NCBI GenBank assembly: GCA_017634595.1
Contig: JAGBNC010000009.1
Coordinates: 5,559-69,558 of the forward strand
DNA: 64,000 bases
Reading direction: 5' to 3'
Source of the DNA: Bacteroidales bacterium
GTDB lineage: Bacteria > Bacteroidota > Bacteroidia > Bacteroidales > UBA932
Each line of letters starts with the position of its first letter. The stretch's first letter is position 1. Under the pieces are notes generated by a model, which worked only from the letters and a program-made list of their open reading frames with translations, ran no database searches and had not been told where the DNA came from. Both the position numbers and the translations under genes were made by a program. Positions 50,059 to 59,940 of this stretch are shown here, in pieces.

Positions 50059-50874
50059 ATGAAGAAATTATTTATCCCAATAATCGCTCTCATAATCACA
50101 TCCTGCGGTTCAAATCCCCCGGTTGCTCCTACTGTCATAGATGAAAAATATGAACCCACTAATGAGGAGCTTTTTGCTGCCTGTGCTGAACTTCAGGGGG
50201 TTGGGCAATTCATAATTGGCAAAACGACGTTCAAGCAGGTTCTTGCTGATAAGGATTTCAAGAAAGCCGCTACCTCTATCTATGACCGTCAGAGTAATAT
50301 GTACAACGGCCACTGGGGGAATGATTTCTGGAACAGGAAGGGAGATAATTATGTCCTGCCCGGAGATCCAAAGGAGAAATGGATGAAGTCGAAATCTGGT
50401 CCAAAGTTAAAACAACTGCCGTCCAGTTCTTTCACTGGGATGACTATTGGAGAGTTAAAGTTTGACCCGTTCGATATGGCTTTCCTTAATGATACATTAG
50501 TGGCTATCTATTTCTATCCGGACGACAAGATTGAAGACGAAGTAATTGCTCATTATAAAGAAAAGTATGGCAACGGACGTGGAAAACGATATTCGTTTGA
50601 CTTAACAAAGTCTGATAGTCAATCGAATATCACGTCAACTAAGACTTTTGATGAGGCGCATACCTGGGAGAATGAACGCGTTGCGTTGGTGTATGAGAAA
50701 CATGAATATTTCCATATGGAACCTAATCGCAAGCCTACTGGAGACTTTAGACATTCCATGTTTATCTACAGTAAGAAGAGATATCCGTTTTTTGAAGAAT
50801 CATTATTGCGTCTCTCATCCGAATATGATACACAGAAAGAGGCAAATAAGAATCAATCACTAAAGTCTTTGTAA
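50059..50874 (+). CDS. Hypothetical lipoprotein inside the defence island
   Basis: MKKLFIPIIALIITS-C lipobox; no family recognised. Confidence 0.75.
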   Translation: MKKLFIPIIALIITSCGSNPPVAPTVIDEKYEPTNEELFAACAELQGVGQFIIGKTTFKQVLADKDFKKAATSIYDRQSNMYNGHWGNDFWNRKGDNYVLPGDPKEKWMKSKSGPKLKQLPSSSFTGMTIGELKFDPFDMAFLNDTLVAIYFYPDDKIEDEVIAHYKEKYGNGRGKRYSFDLTKSDSQSNITSTKTFDEAHTWENERVALVYEKHEYFHMEPNRKPTGDFRHSMFIYSKKRYPFFEESLLRLSSEYDTQKEANKNQSLKSL

Positions 50875-50890
50875 GTCATTGTATTTGAAT

Positions 50891-51853
50891 ATGCCCCGTA
50901 AAAAGACACTACAGGACTTTATAGAAGGTGCTCGTAAAGTGTACGGGGACAAGTATGACTATTCCAAAACAGTATATCAAGGTTCTGACACAAAAATCTG
51001 TGTCATTTGTCCGGAACATGGAGATTTCTGGCAGATTCCCAATAACTACTTGCTAGGTGCAGGTTGTCCCAAATGTGCAGGAAAGTATAACGATCTTGAT
51101 TTCTTCATCGAGCGAGCCCATAAGGTCCATGGCGACAAATATGATTATAGCAAGGCAGAGTATAAAGGAAGCAATACTAAACTCTGCATAATCTGTCCTG
51201 AGCATGGAGAATTCTGGCAAACACCCAGTGGTCATATGCTTGGCCAAGGTTGCCCAGTTTCTGCGGGAAGGTATATGGACACAAATCTTTTCATAGAACG
51301 ATGCACTGAAGTTCATAATGGAAAGTATGACTATTCTCTCGTCGACTACAAAAATGCGACAGAGAAAGTCAAGATCATTTGCCCAAGGCATGGAGTTTTT
51401 GAGCAAGTCGCATCTGCACACTTGTGGGGAAATGGTTATCCCATATGCAACCAGAGTCACCTTGAGAATTATGTGATGAGAGTTCTCAAATCACAGAAAA
51501 TCGAGTTTGAAACACAGAAAGCCTTTGAATGGATGACATTCAGAGGGAAAATGCATCTTGATTTCTTCCTCCCTGAACAAGGAATTGCTATTGAGTGTCA
51601 GGGTGAACAGCATTTTGTGCCTAGTGAATTCTTTGGCGGTGAAACAATGTTTATTGATACACAGGCCAGAGATAAGGCTAAACGTGAATTGTGTGAGGCC
51701 CATGGTATCAAGATGTTATACTTTTCAGACCTCGGTATAGAGTATCCCTACCCTGTAATTGAGAACCCGGATACTCTTCTAATGGAGATTTGGAATACAG
51801 GCGAGCCAGACCCAACTATGTGGAAAGATCCAGAACTGCCACTGTTTGTTTGA
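50891..51853 (+). CDS. Zinc-binding repeat protein with DUF559/Vsr-like nuclease domain
   Basis: Three ~62-aa repeats (YDYS...ICPxHG...GxPxC) followed by LDFFLPEQGIAIECQGEQHF. Confidence 0.8.
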   Translation: MPRKKTLQDFIEGARKVYGDKYDYSKTVYQGSDTKICVICPEHGDFWQIPNNYLLGAGCPKCAGKYNDLDFFIERAHKVHGDKYDYSKAEYKGSNTKLCIICPEHGEFWQTPSGHMLGQGCPVSAGRYMDTNLFIERCTEVHNGKYDYSLVDYKNATEKVKIICPRHGVFEQVASAHLWGNGYPICNQSHLENYVMRVLKSQKIEFETQKAFEWMTFRGKMHLDFFLPEQGIAIECQGEQHFVPSEFFGGETMFIDTQARDKAKRELCEAHGIKMLYFSDLGIEYPYPVIENPDTLLMEIWNTGEPDPTMWKDPELPLFV

Positions 51854-51873
51854 TGTTAACGTAGGTTCTATTA

Positions 51874-53139
51874 ATGGATGCTGAATTATTAAGACCTTAT
51901 CTGGACTGGTATAAAGCCAACTTCGCAAGCATCTTTGCGAAACACGAGGACTATAAGTGGGAGTCTATACAGACTTTCCAGGAAGCTTATCTGCCCGATA
52001 AGGCCAACTACCTTATAATTCTGAAAGAGGGCTTCAAACGGAGTGAGAATCTTCTCAATAGCCGTAGCGTGTATTCCCTGGGCATGATGCTGGACATTAC
52101 CAAGTTCAGCCAGTCACACCCCGATATTCAACCCTCTGGTCTGGATTTGTTCTATGAGCTATTTGAGGGTATCTCTCCAGAAGATACAGGAGACGTGCTG
52201 TTAGGGAAGATTTCCTCTTTCCGAAACCAAATCCGAGCATTTGTCAAGGCCAACCAGCCAGAAAAGCACAATGACTATCAGGACCTCCATGCCGTATCCG
52301 TTTACCTCAACCACCGGTATCCGGATAGGTTCTACATGTATAGAACCTCCGAATTCATGGAATTCAACGCCCTGATTGGTAATGAGTATCCGTATAAATG
52401 GGGCTCCGATCGCAACTACCTGGCTTACCTCGATATGTGCGATGACCTCAACGCCATCCTTCGCCAGGAGCTGGAACTGGATGCGGGGTTCCGTTTGGCA
52501 GTAGAAACTGCTGTCAATTCTGATTCGAAGTATTTCAAGGATGTTGAGAGACGTATCTTGACACAGGATTTCATCTATTCCGTTACCCGCTATTACAAGA
52601 TGGATATGACCGGACGGTATGCGGAACAGATGAAGACAAAGAGCCTGACCACCAAGGTTGATTATGTTGCTGTTGAGGATCTGAAACCTAAGGATCATAC
52701 AACGCCAGTTGCCGCCGGAAGTTCGACTCCTTCAAAGACGGACTACGTCCTCCGTCAGAAAGAAAACAATCGTCTTGGTGCTGCTGGAGAGCAGTGGGTG
52801 TACGCGTATGAAAAGAAGCGTCTCCTTGCTGCTGGACGGAAGGATCTGGCCAAGAAGGTTGAATGGGTTGCTCAGAAAGATGACTCGAAGGGTTATGATA
52901 TTCTCTCCTTTGACGAAGAGGGAAACGAACTGTTCATTGAAGTTAAAACCACTAATGGAGGCATTAAGACGCCGTTTTACCTATCGGCCTTAGAAATGGC
53001 TGTTAGCGGCAGCAACGCTGCGAAATATCGGCTCTATCGCGTCTACGATTTCCTCAAGGCGCCGAAGCTGCGCGTCATCATCGGCAATATCGGCTTACTG
53101 AATCCTCAGCCCACGAATTACATAGTATACACTGATTAA
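51874..53139 (+). CDS. DUF3883 (NO VEIN C-terminal-like) nuclease with N-terminal putative DNA-recognition domain
   Basis: LGAAGEQWV...GYDILSF...IEVKTT...FYLSALE...YRLYRVY; N-terminal EDYKWESIQTFQ and DLHAVSVYL..RYPDRFY. Confidence 0.85.
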   Translation: MDAELLRPYLDWYKANFASIFAKHEDYKWESIQTFQEAYLPDKANYLIILKEGFKRSENLLNSRSVYSLGMMLDITKFSQSHPDIQPSGLDLFYELFEGISPEDTGDVLLGKISSFRNQIRAFVKANQPEKHNDYQDLHAVSVYLNHRYPDRFYMYRTSEFMEFNALIGNEYPYKWGSDRNYLAYLDMCDDLNAILRQELELDAGFRLAVETAVNSDSKYFKDVERRILTQDFIYSVTRYYKMDMTGRYAEQMKTKSLTTKVDYVAVEDLKPKDHTTPVAAGSSTPSKTDYVLRQKENNRLGAAGEQWVYAYEKKRLLAAGRKDLAKKVEWVAQKDDSKGYDILSFDEEGNELFIEVKTTNGGIKTPFYLSALEMAVSGSNAAKYRLYRVYDFLKAPKLRVIIGNIGLLNPQPTNYIVYTD

Positions 53140-53149
53140 TTACCGGCCT

Positions 53150-54052
53150 ATGGACACCCCGAAAATCTCCAAACTCCTTCGCCTGATGAAACTCCTCACC
53201 GGGAATGTGAGCCGGACCATTGACTCGCTGGCCGAGGAACTGGGCGTAACAACACGGACGGTGTACCGCTACATCGACACCATTCGGGAGGCGGGCTTCG
53301 TGGTGAACAAGCTCTACGGCAACGTGTACGCAATGGGCAAAGTGGCCCGGGGCCTCACCGACTTCAAGAAGCTCATCTATTTCACCGACGAGGAGGCCTA
53401 CCTGGCCGCCAGGATGATAGAGGGCATCGACAATAACAATGCCCTAAAGCGGGACCTGCAGCGGAAGCTGGCCAGCGTCTATGACTGCACCAGCATTGCC
53501 AACTATATCGACAATCCCGCCAATGCGGCGAACATCGAGGCGCTGAGCGAGGCTATGAAAAACAAGGTGCAGGTGGTGCTTCGAGGCTATGAATCGGCCC
53601 ATAGCGATGAGACGCGGGACCGCGTGGTGGAGCCGTTCTCGTTTACGGCGAATATGATTGACGTGTGGGCCTACGACGTGGAGAAAGGCGACAGCCGGAT
53701 GTTCAAGGTGATGCGCATCCATTCCGTTGAGGCAACCGAGACGCCCTGGGCCTTCGAGGATAAGCACGAAGTCAAAAAGCCGGATGTGTTCAGGATGACC
53801 GGATCACCGGTAGAGAAGGTGGTCCTGCAGCTGAACACCCGCGCCAAGAGCCTCCTGTTGGAAGAATACCCGCTGGCGGAGAGGGATTTGCATCGCGAGG
53901 ACGGTAAGTGGGTGCTGCGGACCACCGTGAAGGCGCTGGAAGGGGTTGGCCGGTTTGTGATTGGCCTGGCGGCGGATGTGAAGGTGGTGGAGGGGAAGAA
54001 GCTGGTGGGGTATGTGAGGAAGTATGATAAGAAGTGGGTGCAGAAGATATAG
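53150..54052 (+). CDS. WYL-domain HTH transcriptional regulator
   Basis: LAEELGVTTRTVYRYIDTI HTH; YESAHS..RDRVVEPF...WAYD...RMFKVMRI. Confidence 0.92.
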   Translation: MDTPKISKLLRLMKLLTGNVSRTIDSLAEELGVTTRTVYRYIDTIREAGFVVNKLYGNVYAMGKVARGLTDFKKLIYFTDEEAYLAARMIEGIDNNNALKRDLQRKLASVYDCTSIANYIDNPANAANIEALSEAMKNKVQVVLRGYESAHSDETRDRVVEPFSFTANMIDVWAYDVEKGDSRMFKVMRIHSVEATETPWAFEDKHEVKKPDVFRMTGSPVEKVVLQLNTRAKSLLLEEYPLAERDLHREDGKWVLRTTVKALEGVGRFVIGLAADVKVVEGKKLVGYVRKYDKKWVQKI

Positions 54053-54057
54053 GAATA

Positions 54058-55245
54058 TTATCGTCCCAGGAACCATTTCCAGGCAGGAACGATGTGAATG
54101 ATTCCCAGTGCATCCTGGACATCTTCTTCCATATCGCGCGTGACAATGGTCAAGTCCCTGCAGCCCGTTAAGCTAGCAGCTTCACGAATGCCGTTCAACT
54201 CCCGTTCCCGGGTGTCTTTGTCTTTCATATCCCAGCATACCTGAATCAGTTGATTTACGGCAGTTTCGGTCTGGATAACGAAGTCACATTCCTTCTCCCC
54301 AAGGTAATAGCAGATCTTCTGTCCGTCAGGAAGATTCCTGAGCAATTGCAGGAACACGGCGTTCTCTAACAGAATTCCATCATCATCCTTACCTGGCAGC
54401 AAAACAGATTGACGTAGCCCATTATCTACACAATAGTATTTGGGAAGAGCGCTGGTCTCCTTCTTGAAGGATAGGTCAAACTTGGTCACCTTGTAAAGCA
54501 GGAAGATTGAGCAGGTTTTGTCGGCAATATCATACAGGCCGTCTTTGGTGACTTTCCGGCCTTGGGAGCGCATGTCGTTGTAGATAGCGTTGATAGATGC
54601 CGGCTTGGTCATGCCGGCCATCAGACGTTTGATTACGTATTTGACGCGTTCCGGATTGGACAGTTTGTATCGGTCCATCAAATCTCGGAAGATCATGGCG
54701 TTGAAGTATCCTTGCAGGAGTTTATCCTTCATTACGCGACTGGGCTCAAGGACCACTTCCGGATATCCGCCTTCGTGGACAAAGGAATCGAAGGTGCAGC
54801 GAAGAAGCGCTAAGTCTTTCTCCAGATGGCTGTCTGTAGGGATGCCCTTAAACTGACAGTATTCCTTGAAGGACAGAGGATATTCTTTATATTCAAGCGG
54901 CCAGCCCCTAAGTGCGGTATTTAGCTCTTCGGATAGCATATCGGCATTGCTACCGGAGATGAAGATGTGTTTGCTGTAGTGCTTGGACAGGCGCATAACG
55001 AAGAGTTCCCAGCCTTCGATGCGCTGGATTTCGTCGAAGAAGAAGTAAACGTCCTTGATGGGGATATCCGGGAACATCTCCATATAGGCCTCCAGGATGG
55101 TGTTGAAGTCAGAGTTCCATCAGTGTGGATTTCCCACAACGTCGCACCCCTACGGTGGTTATGATCTTCTTAGAATCTATGGGAAGCTCAACTTCACGGG
55201 GATTATAGGAAATAGGAATTTCCTCCTGTTTGAGGGCTATTAGAA
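54058..55245 (-). pseudogene. AAA_14/DUF4143 ATP-binding protein, disrupted
   Basis: Walker A part (LIALKQEEIP...GVRRCGKSTLMEL*) is out of frame with the FFFDEIQ...LLENAVF...ECDFV part (ORF 54058..55083); junction near 55112-55116; no start codon. Confidence 0.85.
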
Positions 55246-55387
55246 TTAAGGAAAGATTTTGTAAAAATTTCCTGAAATTCAGGAAAGATTACATTCCCTC
55301 TTCTTCCCAGGCATGTAGGGTTTTAGTTTTGTAAAATTCTAGGAAAGGTGTATAGATTGCCTTCCGAAAACTCTAGGATTCGTGATT

Positions 55388-55650
55388 ATGAGAAGAAAGA
55401 TATACTACAAGCTTCTCCAGTGGGAGCAAGAGTTACATTGCAAAGGAATTCGCCCGCAATGAATATGACTCATTCATCCTTATCGATTCCAAAAGGAAAA
55501 TGTTACTTCCAGGCATAATATTTCGCCAATAGAAGTTAAAAGTAGCACAAACTACACGCTCACATCGCTGAGGAAGTGCATCAGTACTGGACGGAGCTTC
55601 GTTCGCAAAGCTCATCACGAAGCCGGAGATGTTGGCTCTTTTCATGGTTG
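55388..55650 (+). pseudogene. Multiply collapsed AAA_14/DUF4143 remnant
   Basis: MRRKIYYKLLQW | KSYIAKEFARNEYDSFILID | SRHNISPIEVKSSTNYTLTSLRK, in different frames. Confidence 0.75.
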
Positions 55651-55859
55651 ATGGGGATTAAAGGGTTGAACTTGAGTTATGTTGACGGTCTGTCAATATT
55701 TCGTTGAAATGCTCAATGGCCCAGGCAAGCAGTTCATCCAGAATGGGCAGCACGCTGCCAGCCCGCTCGGTAAGGGTATATTCCACCTTCACCGGAACGG
55801 CGGCAATGACGAAAAATGCCCGGTCGTCAGGCCGGGCATTTTTGTATGTCGAAGGACGA

Positions 55860-57284
55860 TTATTCGGGATCTACCAGCCAGTAGAGCTCCCAGATGGAGT
55901 CGTTGCAGGGGTTGAGGTTCTTTCCGTCCATCACAGAGGTCTGGTTGACATCGATCCAGCGGCTCCACTGGGTGGCGGCGTTGAAGGCGGAAGAGGTATA
56001 GCTTGCGCCATAATCCTTGTACGACTTGTCTAGTTCTTTGGAATACATGGAAATGCCGATGCTGTAGGCGTGATGCTCCGGGAGGATGCAAACACCGCCG
56101 GCATCAGTACGGTTGGCACCGACAATGGCGGTGATACGGGCGTCGTCAATGGCTTTGGTAAGGGATTTTATGAGTTCATCCACCTCTTTTAAGGCAGCTT
56201 CACCCTTGATATTCTTCCGCAGTGCATAGGGAATGTCCAGCAGATCGGCATAGGCATTATCCTTCTCGAATAGATACACCTGATGGGTAGCCATGTCGAT
56301 ATTGTCCTTTTCGTCGGTCTTGTAGTTCTTTACGAGGAAACTCGCCAGTTTTTTCACTTCGGCGTTGATGCCTGCAATCTTATTCGAGCGCCAGCAGCTG
56401 AAGTCGCAGTTTTCCTGGTGAAGGATGCTTGCATCCTTTTCATCGGGAATATTCTGGAAGCATTGAACGTAGATATCTTCCAGTTTCTCCTTATGCAGTT
56501 TGGCGGCTTTCTCGAAATCATCCGGGTATGTATTGATGCCCTCGATCAGGTAGGATACAACCTGCATAATGGTACGGGAAACATGGGAGCTGGCAAACTG
56601 ATAGTCGCAGATGGGAGCCGTCTCGGTAAGCACCTCAATCTGACCCATGAGGCAGCCGAACCAGACGATAGCCTTCAGGTGGGTGTTGGTCTCCTGGAAA
56701 GCGGCTTTGACGGTTTTGCAGGAGAGCCCCTTCAGGTTGTGGTTGTCGTCGTAGATGATGGCCTTGGTGAGCGTTTCATGGTCCAGGTCAAAGCCGCCGC
56801 CGTGGTCTGTGGGAACGAAGATATAATTCTCTGCGGGGACATTCTTCTTGACCCAGTTGATGTATTCTACCAGCGTGGACTGCTTGTACATGGGCACCTC
56901 GGAGGCGTTCTTGTAGATGTATTTTTTGTAACCCTCTTTGGTGAGATCTGTCTTGTCGGTAAGTTCATAGCGGTAGCATTTGCCCCATTCGCCGACTAAC
57001 TGTTTTTTCTCATAGTCAGAATAGGCCTCGCCTGTCTTGGACATGTTCCACTGGACGGCAAAACGCACGTCCTTGTTTCCCACGTTCATCGCTTTGAGGT
57101 ATTCCTCGATACCGAATTCCAGCATGCCGTCTACGTTTCCACCACCGCTGCCGTAGAACATAATGGTGTATTTGGCCGGGGTAGTGTTTACCGGTTCATC
57201 GGTGTTGTCTTTGGTGCAGGAAACAATACTCATGGCCAAGGTGACGCTGATGCCGATGAGTACGGAATGGAAAAAGGTTTTCAT
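55860..57284 (-). CDS. Clostripain (C11)-family cysteine peptidase lipoprotein
   Basis: Lipobox IVS-C, YTIMFYGSGG, catalytic DHGGG and FGCLMG, FASS. Confidence 0.8.
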   Translation of the reverse strand: MKTFFHSVLIGISVTLAMSIVSCTKDNTDEPVNTTPAKYTIMFYGSGGGNVDGMLEFGIEEYLKAMNVGNKDVRFAVQWNMSKTGEAYSDYEKKQLVGEWGKCYRYELTDKTDLTKEGYKKYIYKNASEVPMYKQSTLVEYINWVKKNVPAENYIFVPTDHGGGFDLDHETLTKAIIYDDNHNLKGLSCKTVKAAFQETNTHLKAIVWFGCLMGQIEVLTETAPICDYQFASSHVSRTIMQVVSYLIEGINTYPDDFEKAAKLHKEKLEDIYVQCFQNIPDEKDASILHQENCDFSCWRSNKIAGINAEVKKLASFLVKNYKTDEKDNIDMATHQVYLFEKDNAYADLLDIPYALRKNIKGEAALKEVDELIKSLTKAIDDARITAIVGANRTDAGGVCILPEHHAYSIGISMYSKELDKSYKDYGASYTSSAFNAATQWSRWIDVNQTSVMDGKNLNPCNDSIWELYWLVDPE

Positions 57285-57295
57285 TATAGTTGGGC

Positions 57296-58486
57296 TTAAA
57301 AATTATGCAAAGGTACGTATGATTCTTGTTTTTTCAAGACAGAGATGCCCGGTCGTTCTTGGTTTTCCGGCAGCATCTGCTTCTTGCGTGTCAGGACGGC
57401 TTGGAGGAGGTAAATTATGGCGATGCAGACACCGACGGCGTAAGGAGAAGTGCCTGCCATTGATGCAACGGGGGAGACGACCAGCGGCGAGACAAACTGT
57501 CCTAGATAGAGGGCAGCGGAGAGAAGCGGCATCACAGTTGTAGCCGCCTCCTTGCCAGCTTTCACGGAGCCAATAGTATTAAGATACGGGACACCGATTC
57601 CATTGGCAATGCCGATAAATGCCGATCCAAGCAGGAGCCAGACAAGGCCGCTACCCGTAGCCAGGCACAGATACCCGGCGGCAAACCCCAGCGGGGCGAC
57701 ATACTTCATCTGAGCGGCGAAGCGTTTCATCAAGGCGCCGAAAACCAGTCCTACCAGAAAAGCCACCACGTCCAATCCCACCATCGTGAGCGTTATGCCC
57801 AACTCCGAAAGGGTTTCCGAAGCCGTCAGGGCAAAGTTGGTTGGATAGATGAAGAAGAGAATCATCACCAGGAACATGCCCACCACAGACGGGTGAAAGC
57901 GCCTGAGCAGCGAAAGGGATACTCCTCCACGCCCGGACAGGCGTTCATTAGGCAGGAACGCTGCCACCAGGATAACGGCGATGAGTCCCAGCAGATACAC
58001 CAGAAACGCATAGTTCCAGCTGATTCCGGCCAGCATCCCGGCCAGGAAGGTGGCGACCACACCGCCCATCTGGTTCATGGCAGCCGACAGCCCCATCAGC
58101 CCCGCCTGCTCCTCAGGCGGGAAATAGTAAGCCAGCAGACCGGTGGAAAGCGGCATGATCATCCCGACGCTCACGCCCATCAGGGCACGGAAAAACAGCA
58201 ACAGCCCAATATTGTTCACAAAGAACGCCCCGGCTCCGGAAAGCACGTATAAGGCAAGCCCTGTCAGCGCCAGCGTGCGGGTTTTCATTAGGCGGCAGAG
58301 CCAGGGAAATACCAGGTTCGTGAGGATAATAAAAAGTGCCGGAAGGCTCACGATGAGCTGGATGAGCAGCGGATTCCGTCCTTCGAAATGCGCACTGATG
58401 ACGCCCAGCGCCGGAGCAATGGCAGCACCTGCCATGACGGTCAACAAACTGATGGAGAGAATGGTGTACAGCAATCTCTTTTTCAT
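57296..58486 (-). CDS. MFS transporter
   Basis: About 12 TM helices; FFRALMGVSVG, GGVVATFLAG, ISWNYAF. Confidence 0.92.
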   Translation of the reverse strand: MKKRLLYTILSISLLTVMAGAAIAPALGVISAHFEGRNPLLIQLIVSLPALFIILTNLVFPWLCRLMKTRTLALTGLALYVLSGAGAFFVNNIGLLLFFRALMGVSVGMIMPLSTGLLAYYFPPEEQAGLMGLSAAMNQMGGVVATFLAGMLAGISWNYAFLVYLLGLIAVILVAAFLPNERLSGRGGVSLSLLRRFHPSVVGMFLVMILFFIYPTNFALTASETLSELGITLTMVGLDVVAFLVGLVFGALMKRFAAQMKYVAPLGFAAGYLCLATGSGLVWLLLGSAFIGIANGIGVPYLNTIGSVKAGKEAATTVMPLLSAALYLGQFVSPLVVSPVASMAGTSPYAVGVCIAIIYLLQAVLTRKKQMLPENQERPGISVLKKQESYVPLHNF

Positions 58487-58881
58487 GATATAAACGGTTT
58501 AAATTACAGTGGAGATTGCAGCTCTACCAAGCTGCGAAAAGAGCCTTTTCGCGGGTGCAAAGGTAACATTTTTTTGTCTCCCAGGGTCACAAACGGACGC
58601 ATTTTTTGTGTATTTGCTATGGAATCCGCTATGTATAAGATACATACGAAGATTCATGTCTGATTTAACAACTAGCACAATGCCAAAGACATTCGAAACC
58701 TACAATGCGGAACTCCAGAACAACGTCCTCACCATCCAGAAGGGGAACATCACCGAGGCGGAAAACGCTTCCTACAAGTTCTTCAAGGCCGGTGTGATTA
58801 TCGCAGGCGGCGAGCCGTAGTCTACTGGCCTTTCTAGGCTGCAGGAATGCAAATGACTGCTCGAATTCAACCGATTCAGAT

Positions 58882-59098
58882 ATGATTTCCTACAAGAAGA
58901 TTCAAATTGAAGACTGCAATGTCTTTTATCGTGAGGCTGGATCTCCGGAGAATCCCACCATCCTTCGTTCCAGCGGGAGCAGAAGCCTTCAAGCGCGACC
59001 TGCCGAACGCCGTGGTGAAGTTCGTAGACAGCGGCCATTTTGCCTTGGAATCCCATCACACTGAGATCGCTTGCTATATCAAGGATTTCCTAAGGTAA
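58882..59098 (+). pseudogene. Collapsed alpha/beta hydrolase
   Basis: MISYKKIQIEDCNVFYREAGSPENPTIL is fused out of frame to PSFVPAGAEAFKRDLPNA...DSGHFALE at CCATCCTT (58958-58965). Confidence 0.85.
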
Positions 59099-59124
59099 AA
59101 TCCAGTTTCTCGGTCTGATTAAGC

Positions 59125-59940
59125 TTATATGGTTTTGAGCCCGATGAAGTGCTTGATTCCGGGTGTTTGGCAGTCCCGGTAGTCTTTGTTGATGCGGATG
59201 AGGGTTACATCCGAATATTTTGCAGCCATCCGTTCGAAGGGGAAACGGATAATAGTTGGGGTATTGAAACCGACGCCGTATTCAATCAGTGCCAGTTTTC
59301 CTTTGCCGAGCGATTTCTCCAAAAAAGCGTAGTAGCGCTCTGCCTGCTGATGCCAGCGGTCGTCCTCCACAAAGTACCGGTCCTTGCGGACATTGATTTC
59401 CATCGGCCCGCCGCAGACGGGACACCGAGGAACCAGCGATGAAGGGATGCGGCAGTCTTTCTGCTCAGCGACCATCTGCTTCACAAGCGATTCATTGTTG
59501 TATCGCTTGGGGTGGCAGGCTGTAGCGCACTGCATGAGGCCGTAATCTCCCTGCACTTCAAACACCTTGTCCGGGTCAAAACCAGCCTTGACAAACTGTC
59601 CGTCCACATTGGTGGTAATAACAAAATAGTCCTTCCCCTGTATCATCTCAAGCAGGTGCTTGTACAGCGGTTTCCCTTCTGGGGCGAAGCGGGCATAGTC
59701 AATGTGCCGGGACCAGTAGGCCCATTTCTCTTCCTCGCTCCGGAACGGATAGAACGAGGATGTGTACAGATCCGTGAAGCCGTAGCGTGCAATCATATCG
59801 GCGAAGGCTTTCTCGAAGTCGGGTCCGCCATAGTTGATACCGGCAGCCGTTGACAACCCGGCTCCTGCGCCGATGAGGACGGCATCGGCCTGCGCAATGG
59901 CTGATTCAGCCTTTTGCAAGGGCGATTTGATAAAGCTCAT
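59125..59940 (-). CDS. Class M sirtuin (SirTM-like) ADP-ribosyltransferase
   Basis: IGAGAGLS, YFVITTNVDGQF, VQGDY (Gln replacing the catalytic His), QCATAC...CPVC, EYGVGFNTP. Start at MSFIKS. Confidence 0.88.
   Translation of the reverse strand: MSFIKSPLQKAESAIAQADAVLIGAGAGLSTAAGINYGGPDFEKAFADMIARYGFTDLYTSSFYPFRSEEEKWAYWSRHIDYARFAPEGKPLYKHLLEMIQGKDYFVITTNVDGQFVKAGFDPDKVFEVQGDYGLMQCATACHPKRYNNESLVKQMVAEQKDCRIPSSLVPRCPVCGGPMEINVRKDRYFVEDDRWHQQAERYYAFLEKSLGKGKLALIEYGVGFNTPTIIRFPFERMAAKYSDVTLIRINKDYRDCQTPGIKHFIGLKTI

Noticed and set aside
58656-58820. 54-aa ORF (MSDLTT...MPKTFETYNAELQNN...)
   Set aside because: It has coding-like composition but no recognisable motif. It may be another remnant; unresolved.
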